Positions 1-10,800 of a DNA stretch of 64,000 nt are shown here, piece after piece. The number at the start of each line of letters is the position of its first letter. Positions within the stretch are counted from its first letter, which is position 1. The stretch is taken from NCBI RefSeq assembly GCF_036588685.1, contig NC_086375.1, positions 50,592,001 to 50,656,000 on the forward strand. The letters run 5' to 3'. Made by a program: the position numbers and the translations under genes. The notes under the pieces were generated by a model that did not search any database, was not told the DNA's origin, and saw only the letters and a program-made list of their open reading frames with translations. Source of the DNA: Mytilus trossulus. Lineage: Eukaryota.

Positions 1-3000
1 TAGTTTTAGAAAACACTATCCATCCCGTACAAATGGTGTCCAAATGATAGCTATATCCCGACGGGGTATCACTCGGAACCTATTGCAACAAAACAAGATT
101 CAAACTTTGTATCGCCAGACAAGCCTTTCGTCTGTTTCAGACTAAACAGAGACGCTCGAAAAACAGAAATAAAAAAGATTAAACAAAAAACGAACCTGGT
201 GAAACATAAATTTCAAATGCGTTTACCATAAATTAGAGATAAAAGCAACACCAAATTTGTTTTTCAGTTTTTAGTATATTATTAAAAGTCTATAAAAATT
301 CAAGAATAGCAAGTCTGGCAGGTACTTGAAAAGACTATGGGTAGATACATGTAAACACAACAAAACTAGATATGCTTGGTCTATATGCCATTTTGTCTTT
401 CTTTGTAACATATTTGTATGGGTTATTTTTTTTAATTTGTTTTTAAAGATTAAGAATTTTACACAGTGTTGACTAATGTATTTTTTACATTTTAACTATT
501 ATGTCTGGGTTTTTTTTTATTCACGCTTCGTTGTCAATATAATGGAATTTGGAGCGACTGTCATACAAATGAGAGGTTACGCTTGCTATCAAATCCACCA
601 TTCTCTACATAAGAAATTGCCTGTACCAAGTCAGGAATATGACTTTTGTTATCCATTCGTTTGATGTGCTTGAGCTTTTAATTTGGCCATTTGATAAGGG
701 AGTTTCCGTTTTGAATTTTTCTCGGAGTTCAGTATTTTTGTGATATACTTTTTTTCAGTGCTCTGAAATTTTTGAGTTCAGTTGAGATTTAATAAAATAT
801 TGAAATTTCATAAAATGTTAAAATATAACTCTACCTTCAATTTTAATTTATGTAGTTTTCCTGCAATGAAAAAAGTTATGTGACAATTAGTTTTCTATTT
901 TCACCCTAGATAACACAAAATAGAAGAAAAAGAACATATACTACTGATATAGTTACTCCGAAGCTGCAACTTTGTCTTGATAGAAAAAAAATATACATTT
1001 TTATGAGCATCAACACACAAAGGGTGTTAAAGTACAGTTAACGATAAAATATCAAATAAACCGAACTCTAAGGAAAACTCAAAACGGCGAGTCCCTTATC
1101 AAATGGCACAATCAATTAATTGCTTACGCACTTTCCGTTTAGAATTTTCTGCTTGGGTACTTTTGTTTGTTTTACTTTTCAATACTTTTTACACGTCTTT
1201 GATAATGTAACATTTCGCCCTACAAACTTGAAATTAAGGATACCAGAGGCTTGCCAGAAACAGTTAAGTATCTTGACTTAATTTTATAAATTAAGAATTG
1301 GAGGTGTATACCAAATATCAACAGGAGAGGCAATTTGAATTTTCCACATGTAAGCCTTCAATGTGTCGCAACATTCAAGAATAATTTGTTTATGACATAA
1401 ATATCAGATATTTTAGAGCTTGCATTTGTTATCACGACCATTGTGATGAGATTGTGTTGCTCGCAATGAAAGTATTGTATCAAACCCTTCAAAGGACTTT
1501 AATATTAGTCGTTTGACCTTTAAAGAATACAAATGTTAAAATGACATCGTAGCCCAACACCGTCCATTTTGTCGCTTATTTATTATTTATTATTTGAATT
1601 TTCGAAAAACTAAGGATTTTCTTATCCCAAGCATAGATTACCTTAGCCGTATTTGGCACACCGTTTTGGAATTTTGGATCCTCAATGCTCTTCAACTTTT
1701 TACTTGTTTGGCTTTATGCATATTTTGATATGAGCGTCACTGATGAGTCTTATGTAGACGAAACGCGCGTCTGCCGTACTAAATTATAATCCTGGTACCT
1801 TTGATAACTAATTGCATCACTTTAACGTTTTATCATCTGATTTTATTTTTTATCGAATTTCGTATTATATATTTTTAATAAACGCATTTTAGACATGCGC
1901 AAGTTTAGAGTTGTAATTAAGATTTATCATCAAAAAGAGTATTATTGGCAATTATGAATATTTTTTTTAAAAGAGAAAATTTGAGGATCCTACTAGAGAA
2001 GCATTGCCTACAATGATCTAGTTCACGTCATAATCTTTTAAACACGTTTCGTAAACTAATAAGCATACATTTATTCTGATTTTACTATCAACTCATACCT
2101 GATGTCCCTGAATATGTCTTTGACATCCCAGATATCGTGTGTCCATTATTATTCCTTAATGCAGTAGCTATATTGACATTACCAGACCCTTTCTTCCATA
2201 TCGTAATACAAATATCAATATCTGTCCCTGGTCTTGTTACCTTTGGGATTGTCATTATGTACGTACAGCTGAAATTATTCAAGTTTTGGTTAATTTATAA
2301 GATATATAATTGATGATTTATGATACGAAATATATTTGAATGTAAAATCTCAGACAAAAGGTTAAGGACTTATTGGAACAATATATCACGCATTTATTTC
2401 AGGAATAAATAAAAATATGCACTTACATGTGTTCAACATTTGTTTGTTTTATCGATAAAAGCATTGGATTGTATAGGTTTAAGATAGAAAAAAGACATTT
2501 AAAGCAAAAATCACAATTATGCTTTAGCCTTATTCAATTATAACATTATAAGGAAAATACAATTTATAATACAATATACAATAGTATATAATTACATAAA
2601 TAAATTAGCAGAGAACACAATAAACATTATGAAAAATTTGTAAATATGAAAAAAGACATCATATATATTAACTACGTTTCAATGAGATTAGACGCTGTAT
2701 TATAACGATCGAATGTGATTAAACTGTATTTTGATTGATAAGAGGCAATAGTAGTTTACTGATTCATTTGCTTTGACAGGACAAGAGTCTCAAACTTCAT
2801 CATCAATAGTTGGAATCCACAAAAATAAAAAAAATCACAATCAAGAATAGAAAATGATCAGTAAAATTAAGTTTTATTCCTTTTCTGGTATCGAAGGGTC
2901 TTTGAACATGATAACATGTAGTTATTGAGATGAAACATACATTAACTATATGAGTCAACAAATGTGGGATGGTAATCATGAAATGTATAAGCGTTATATA

Positions 3001-3390
3001 TGAGTTTGTCCTCATTTTTTTTCTCGGAAGAACACCGAGTTGACTAAGTCATATATGTGACCATGCATAAACGTGATTTAGTTAATATGGATAAAGGTAA
3101 ATACTTATTACGATGGAGCAAAAGATTTGTTACTGCCGAGAAAATTTAAAATTGACTATCATGCAGCTGCAACTTTTAGTTTTGCTTTAGTCTCTAGTTT
3201 AAAGTCGTTCTCCTATTTCAATATCTGAGAAAAGATCAATGTAAGGAGCAAATCTTCTTTTCATGAAAGTATCTTATATCTCAAGTCAAATTGGATATAT
3301 GAGCACACAATTAAATAATAAAAAGCCAACTTACTTTTCTGGCTGACTGTCAACAGGTACAAACATCAGGAGAAGGATTATTAAAAGCAT
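1..3390 (-). CDS. 5' part of a thioester-containing protein (TEP/CD109/alpha-2-macroglobulin family) gene; continues off the left edge
   Basis: Phase-consistent GT-AG exons 3390-3335 (MLLIILLLMFVPVDSQPE, signal peptide), 2268-2099 (NCTYIMTIPKVTRPGTDIDICITI...), 860-835 (GKLHKLKLK), 79-1 (VPSDTPSGYSYHLDTICTGWIVFSKN). YxxTxPKVxRPG and LKVPSDxPSG resemble the MG1 domain of CD109/A2M-family proteins; the thioester motif is outside the window. Confidence 0.75.
112..155 (-). ncRNA. Degenerate hammerhead ribozyme relic (family A)
   Basis: Reverse complement gcgtct CTGTTTA gtct-gaaac-agac GAAA ggcttg TC tggcga: stems recognisable, CUGAUGA core mutated. Confidence 0.55.
440..755. repeat. High-copy interspersed repeat (cctgtaccaagtcaggaatatgac...gttcagtatttttgtgat family)
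   Basis: Same sequence recurs at 10990-11207 (opposite orientation), 58590-58805, 49850-50330 and 26130-26390. Confidence 0.65.
1295..1500 (+). mobile_element. Highly degenerate Penelope-like RT C-terminal relic
   Basis: Broken frames follow the order NFPxV...CxNI...RYxRACIxYHD...LLxxKxLxQ, parallel to the thumb region of the RT at 8638-9357. Confidence 0.4.
1590..1810 (+). mobile_element. Partial retrozyme (family A) containing one hammerhead
   Basis: Reverse-complement match to 62855-63060 and 57650-57870 (gattaccttagccgtatttggcac...ctcaatgctcttcaacttt...HHR...cctggtacctttgataacta). Confidence 0.8.
1734..1777 (+). ncRNA. Minimal type I hammerhead ribozyme (family A), core intact, one stem I mismatch
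   Basis: gcgtca CTGATGA GTCT-tatgt-AGAC GAAA CGCGCG TC tgccgt; predicted cleavage after C1771. Confidence 0.85.
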
Positions 3391-4071
3391 TATCCTTTCT
3401 AAAGAAATTTGTAGCAGAGAGAGGTGTATTATAAGATTGAATAAAAACATATATTTTAAAATGTAATTACAATATTATTGTACCCTCTATGCAGATATTT
3501 GGCCAACAACTTATAAATATACAGGAATCCAAATCATAGTATGGTTCTGTTCACATATAAATTTATAAATAAAACCAATAGTGTAAAAGATGTTAAATAT
3601 GTTCCTCCCAAATGCCTCTTATATATAAATACGATACTGCAGGGGAGTGATAGACTGTTATGGTATAGCTGTTTCTAAGATGACCACGCATATTTTCCAA
3701 CTCCTCTTTTCCTCAATGTTCACATCGCATAATAATTTAAAAATCATAACTCTGATCCCCTTCGATGGCACCTGATCATGAGATAATCACTTGTTTTAGT
3801 GAGGTTTGTCTTGCTAATTTCATAAGTTATCATGTAGCTTTTTGAAAACTGTTGCTTTTAGTTTCTTCATTTTTTTGCCATGGTTTTGAAAGACACTCTT
3901 TAACTTATGATTTTTGATTGCCCCTTTAGTATCTTCTTTGTTTTCACTCCTTAATATAGTATTCGCATGATCTCTTCTCATTTTTAAAGTCTTAAGAAAC
4001 CTCAAATTAAAAAAAACAATTGCATATATTTTTTATACTTAATGCATAGGGTTCATTATACAACATATGTA

Positions 4072-4180
4072 CGGGAATTTCTCGTTACATTAAAGACCTG
4101 TTGGTGACCCTCCGCTGTTGTTTTTTCTATGGTCGGGTTGTTGTCACTTTGAAACATTCCCCATTTCCATTCTCAATTTT
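4072..4180 (+). repeat. Short repeat matching the 3' tail of the Penelope-like element
   Basis: cgggaatttctcg..acatt..agacc..ttggt...ctatggtcgggttgttgtc..tttga.acattccccatttccattctcaattt matches 9933-10039 and 38437-38586; also inverted at about 42670-42780. Confidence 0.7.
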
Positions 4181-5426
4181 ATATACTTTTTTCTGAGGAA
4201 AATTCTTTAATTTGTCCACATTTAGAATAAGTTTACTTATTTTTAATTGCTTCCTTTTAGGAAGCAATTCGCCGACATATTTTCCATTTGCATAGTGACC
4301 TGAGCGTAACCCTCCTCGTAAAAATCCGGTGATCGCAATACGCATGGATCTCTCATTAAATAAACAATTATCTGATTGCTTTTTGTTCTTTGTTTACTAT
4401 AAGGTGCCAATCGGTAAACGTCGGCTTCAAAACACGGCATTTAATGAGCAGCCATTTTTGTTAAAGCATCATAACATACAGAAAGAGAGAAAAAATGACG
4501 ATTATATCATATATTTTCGTAAAAAATAAGAAAATCGTGCATAGACGACTAAGTGTATGATTCAATTGGTTCAAAAATATGATAAACATTATTTTTCACC
4601 ACTCACTCGTTTCATATGACTTTAAATCATTTACCAAGTGGTAAATTAAGCTTTGTCGGCTCGTTTTTAACTTATGGTTTTGAATATCTCTTTTGATACC
4701 GTATGCCTCTATTTTATAATGAACAATCTACAGTTGGGGTTTTATACGCAATCTTAATGTCATTAACTGTGTACAAAAAAAAAGTATCATATAATATCAT
4801 GACAAGTTTATTCCTGGGAATAAGAGGTTCTTCATAAGCATATACTGAAAAAAACCTAATAATGGAATTCTTTTGAAACTATATTATACATTCACTTGCC
4901 TTTTTCCATGTTGAAACAATATCACTGAATTTTCATGTAATAAAACATCCGGCTACGGCAAATGTTTTGATACAATCTTACTACGTAATCGGATGAAAGA
5001 ATTATTTATTTATGCAATATACGTGTCCTTCTTATTTCATTGATTGACCTTCATAAAAAAAATCTTTTACACAATTGCGTCGCATAAATACTATTCCAAT
5101 CTAATACTTTCATGCATTAGTCTAGCATTTTTTCCCAAATGCTTTGTAGTTTTTTCTAGTAAATCAAAAAAGCTTTTAAATAAAGGCAACAGTTGTATAC
5201 CGCTGTTCAAATATATGCATGAATTTGAAGACAAAAAAATAAAAAGAGTTTATTTTTATGAAGTATACGTAACGACCGATAATTTGAAAATTGACGGATA
5301 AATTAATTTGGATACACGGTCAAATATATGAAATCTTTTTGTTGGTAAACTCCTCATTTGAACTATATTCGTAAGAAAATGTGGTATGATTGCCAATAAG
5401 ACAATTCTCTATCAAAGACTTGTTTT

Positions 5427-5555
5427 CGCTCAAATGTCCTACGCTTATTCTTATTTTCCTAAAATTTAGGCGCTCAAATGTCCTATACTTTGGCGCTCAA
5501 ACGTCCTTTTTTTTCGCTCAAATGTCCTGTCAATGCGCTCAAATGTCCATTGCCG
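5427..5555. repeat. Five spaced copies of cgctcaaatgtcc (probable subterminal repeats of a DNA transposon end)
   Basis: Motif at about 5427, 5471, 5494, 5515 and 5536, ending in ...attgccg. Confidence 0.55.
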
Positions 5556-7888
5556 TATCATATAGCGTTATAGTGCATGTGTCTATTTAAGTCTTGTGTG
5601 GATGTGGCGCACGTTTGGAGTGTTAAATTTTTAACCTGCTACCTATGGTTAGCTATAATTCGTTTGTTTCTCTGTCCTATATTTTCTCCCATTTATTTGT
5701 ATTGTAGTCCTGTCATATATTTTAGCCAGTTTAATGTTATAATTAACATGGCCATTAAAGCGGGTGGCTTGGTTTGCCACACAACCAGGTTCAGGGAAAT
5801 GGCCATTTTTATAGTATAGTTCGTTTCTGTGTGTGTTACATTTTAAGGTTGTATTTCTGTTGTGTCGTTGTTCTCTTATATTTGATACTTTTCCCTCAGT
5901 TTAAGTTTCTAACGATTTATGAATTTCGAACAGCGGTATACTACTGTTGTCTTTATTTTTTGCTATTTTCGAACTGGATACTGTACTGCAAAATAAATAC
6001 AACATGAACATTTCACATTTCAATTCAATGCAGGATACCAAGTCACACACGTACCAAAACTTCAAACAAAATCCGAAGCGAAAATAACCCGATAAAATAG
6101 TATTTTAGTATAGTAAAGAAGTGCAATGATGTCACTGCAACAACTAAACAGAACTGTTTAATACAAAGGTAACGCTCATTTGTCTGTTATTGTAATACAA
6201 GCTCGTGTGTGTGACATATGTAAGCCATATTATATATTTTTTTAATTGCTGTAACCGAGATAAGGAAACTATACAAAATACATGCAGCTCTATAGAATTT
6301 TTCAGTATTTTTGCAGAAGCCTTATGATACAAATTAATTCCCTTTGAATGTTTGAATGAATTGATATGATGCCAAAACATGACATCTGTTGGTAGTTTTT
6401 TAGCGTTTCATTTCTTTCGTTGCTTTGGATGATTATGTGGAAGTTTATCAATACTAAATCATAATCAAGGTTTAAATTAAAAAAAAATATATATACAGTA
6501 CATATACTTTAAGAGCTGAAGACAGAATTTAGTATATTGATAACGCGAGAAATTTGTTCGATCAGTGGCATTTAGAATTATTTGATACTTTTTCGTTCAA
6601 TTCCATTCAAATTACAATAAAATGAGTTGTCGGATGAACATGTAAATGTATAAGCCATCAACTCAATTGCATTTAAATATCTTAAAATTTAATTACCTCA
6701 ATTGCTACCATATTTTACCTTTGATCTTTTAAGATAGAAGTAAAATTTGCAGCAATACTTTGTCTTCTTAATTTAAGATATAAAGGTTAAAACATTGTTT
6801 TGAAAAATAAACGGATAAAAATGATGTATGTTATCCCGTAATAAGATGACAAAGATTATCCAACACAAGTTCTGTCGCTATGTTAGTTTCGATTGAAAAA
6901 TATCTTGGTCTGTAAATCAAATTGTACACTTTTTCAAATACTTAATATAGTTTCATGGTCTCTTGAAATAATTATGAATGTGTAAAAGGGATTTGCATAG
7001 CTTATTATTATAAATTATTTTAGAATAAATAGCATGTACATTTATTAAAAAATGTTTCCTTGAATGCGTTTGTACGTATAAATTATCATTTGTGATGTGG
7101 TATGTGCTTAGTGGTAAATGTTAAGCTATGTTTGAGAAAAAAAAGAATAATGGCTCCGATATTCTGACACTCAAATGTTACAAACTTAGTTCATTATATA
7201 TTTACATTTAACATAAGTGATAATCTGCTTTAACTGATGAACTTCATACATATGTTCGTTTCACTAAAAAAAAACAATTCCCTCTTTTGAATACAAATGT
7301 TTTTCTTAATAACAAAATTTTTATAATATCAATGTTTACAAGACTGTAATTTACTTGATGCTTGTAACTTAAACGATGTGATGTTTTCTTTTATTTGGTT
7401 GGATTGTTGTATCTTATAGACACATACCCATAACATTCTCAATTTTAGTGGTATTGTAATATATATTTGAATATTGTCCATTTTTGTAAATAATTAGAAA
7501 TAAAATGAAGAGAAATAAAAGGAAATAAAAATACTCTTAAAATAAAAATATAGGGTTATATAAAGTGAATAAAGAGCGAAAACGTAAACAATTTAAAAAA
7601 TATTGACCTGTACATTTACAGTATCTAATATTGTGTAATGACATCGGTAGATATAATTATTGTTTAATATACATAATTTTTCAGATAATATTGAACGGGT
7701 GCGAGATATGATAACGATAACACACAGTATCACTATATAGTATACACACATATCCAACACTAAAATTCATGTGATTATTACAACGCATATATAAAAATAT
7801 AAGGATGTGGTTTTGCCATTGAGACAACTCACCACCAGAACATAGAACTGCACATAACATCGTGTTATATAGTAAACGGACATTCGAT

Positions 7889-10800
7889 ATGTGGTCCGCT
7901 GCTGCACAACTACCACCCGAAGAAGAAGGCAAGTGATCAAGCCTAGATTAGGCAGCATTTCAATTTTCATGTCGAGTTATTTTTTTTGAATTTAAGGTAT
8001 ACATCATAAATTTTGCCATGAAGTATGTGTCTTTAATTAATTTTATTTTTTATTAGATATTTACTCGAGAGTACATCTTTGAATTATAAGTGTTAAATCA
8101 TTATCTGAACATAGAATGATAGAGAAATTACAAGAAATACAATCAAGATATGATATCAACTTATTCAGAATTATGAAAATATGTAGGGTTCAATTTCCAT
8201 CCTCTGATCCCTCAAGGATCGAGTAACCGGTGAGATTAAAGAAAAACTTTAAAATATTACAATGAAACGTCGTGGTAATCTGCTTTAAAGTTGAAATATG
8301 TACAATGTACACATAAATCAAGCCATTGTATTTTTGTTTTGAACTGTTTTAAATTTTATCTTGCAGTGCCTTTTAAAGCTTTTTGTTTGTATCATAATGG
8401 AATTTGCTAATCGTTGAAGGCCTTATAATTCCATATTACGGTCTCTAGTGGATATATCCTTTTCGCATTTATAGAATCCCATCTATGAGGAGGGGGTCAT
8501 CTATATACCAAAAAAAATATTTAGTAAATAAAGCTGATTTGGACATGCTTTGATACTATTTATGCGCTTGAATTTTACTTGATAACATTTTTGTTCGCTT
8601 TGGAGATTCCGTATATCGTCAAGTTATTGGAATTCCAATGGGGACTAACTGTGCACCACTTATTGCGGACCTGTTTTTGTATTGTTATGAGTTACAATTT
8701 ATGACTAAAATTATCAAAGACCCATCAAAACAACATTTGATACAAAAATTTAACAATACTTTTAGATATTTGGATGATATATTGGCTCTCAATAATGACG
8801 ACTTCAGTATGTATACTAAAGAAATTTATCCTGTAGAACTTACTTTGAATAAAGTAAATGATAACAATGACCACTGCCCTTTCCTCGATCTTGATATCTA
8901 TATCATAAACGGGAAGCTTAATACAAAAATTTATGATAAAAGAGATGATTTTTCATTTCCTATTGTTAATTATCCATTTTTAGATGGTGACGTTCCCTTG
9001 TCACCATCTTATGGTGTTTATTTATCTCAACTTGTACGATTCGCTCGTGTATGTAACAAGGTATTAGATTTTAGCGAGAGAAATTTATGCATTACTGAAA
9101 AATTATTACACCAGGGTTTTCGATATCACAAACTGGTCAAAACATTTACTAAATTTTATCACCGGTATAAGGAAATAATTCGTAAATATAACTCAACATG
9201 CAGACATCTTATACGTTCAGGTATTTCACATCCAATTGTTTATGGAAATATTCTTTATAAAGCACAAAAATGTCAGAAACTAACAAAACCTTTAAATAGA
9301 CTTATTAGAAGGGGACATAGTTACGATACTGTTGTCAGATCATTAAAGATTGCATAGTTTGGCTTTAATATTGATTCACTGATAGGACCTTTGCATCGGA
9401 ACTAAACACATTTATTTCTAAAAAAAACAGTTGTTGGCATGACACGTGTTATGTTCTTCTCATATATTTTATGATAGTATGATACTAAACCCCTTACCGG
9501 ATGGATTGTGCCTGATATTCATATGATGAAGACATAATCTTTCAATCTTTAATTGAGGTCTGGAGCTGGCATGTCAGTTAACTGCTAGTAGTCTGTTGTT
9601 ATTGATGTATTATTGTCATTTTATTTATTTTCTTTTGTTACATCTTTTGACATCGGACTCGAACTTCTCTTGAACTGAATTTTAATGTGCGTTTTGTTAT
9701 TCTTTTACTTTTCTACATTGGCTAGAGGTAAAGGGGGAAGGTTGAGATCTCATAAACATGTTAACCCCGCCGCAATTTTGCGCCTGTACCAAGTCAGGAG
9801 CCTCTGGCCTTTGTTAGTCTTGTATGATTTAAATTTTAGTTTCTTGTGTATAATTCGGAGTTTAGTATGACGTCCATTATCACTGTACTATTATGCATAT
9901 TTTAGGGGCCAGCTGAAGGACACCTACGGGTGCGGGAATTCTCGCTACATTGAAGACCCATTGGTTGCTTTCGGCTGTTGTCTGCTCTATGGTCGGGTGG
10001 TTGTCGCTTTGACATATTCACCATTTCCTTTCTCAATTTGATTACAGACTTTTTTCAAAGACATAAAGTAAGAAAAATAAACTCTCTTTTAGTTATAGTT
10101 TGTTTTGTTTTGAAGCAATATAAGCCATCATCGAAACTTGGAAATACATTGAACAGTTTTTATCTATTAATCATGCTTTTCTTTGTCTAATATGTTCTGC
10201 TTTTTATTTGTATTGTAGTCCTGTAATATTTTGTTTTCATTTCAATGTTATATTTAACTGTGCCATTAAAGTGCGAGGTTTGGCATGCCTTAAAACCAGG
10301 TTTCAACCCACCACTTTTATTCCCCTTTAAAAGTGTCCTGTACCAAGTCAGGAAGATGGCCATTGTTATAATATTGTTCGTTTCTGTGTGTGTGTTGCAT
10401 TTTAACGTTGAGTCGTTTCTGTTTTCTCTTATTTTTGAGATAAGACGTGGCACGGTACTTGTCTATCCCATATTCATGTATTCGGTTTTGATGTTATATT
10501 TGTTATTCTTGTGGTGTTTTGTCTGTTGCTTGGTCCGTTTCTGTGTGCTGTTGCGTTTCGGTGTTGTGTCGTTGTTCTCCTCTTATATTTAATGCGTTTC
10601 CCTCAGTTTTGGTTTGTTGCCCCGATTTTGTTTTTTGTCCATGGATTTATGAGATTTGAACAGCGGTATACTACTGTTGCCTTTATTTAAATTATACATG
10701 AATAATAATAAACGGTATCATTTTGATGCTAATCATCTTTGATAATTATTCCTTAGCATGGTTATATTTTGTTTGCCATGAAGTACATCAGAATGACATT

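Larger units (their letters stand above)
8537..10039 (+). mobile_element. 5'-truncated Penelope-like retroelement (Naiad-type), copy 1, in intron 1 of the MS4A-like gene
   Basis: RT motifs (QVIGIP)MGTNCAPLIADLFL, FRYLDD, FLDL, YDKRDDFSFPIVNYP, YGVYLSQLVRFARVC. The ORF ends after the thumb region with no C-terminal GIY-YIG and is followed by about 680 nt of 3' UTR shared with 37146-38586. Confidence 0.85.

Noticed and set aside
10245-10592. Hydrophobic ORFs in repeats (also 55390-55683, 5577-6007, 14417-14785, 25588-25907, 59505-59828)
   Set aside because: Chance ORFs in T-rich repeat or intergenic DNA, with no splice-consistent structure or recognisable domain.
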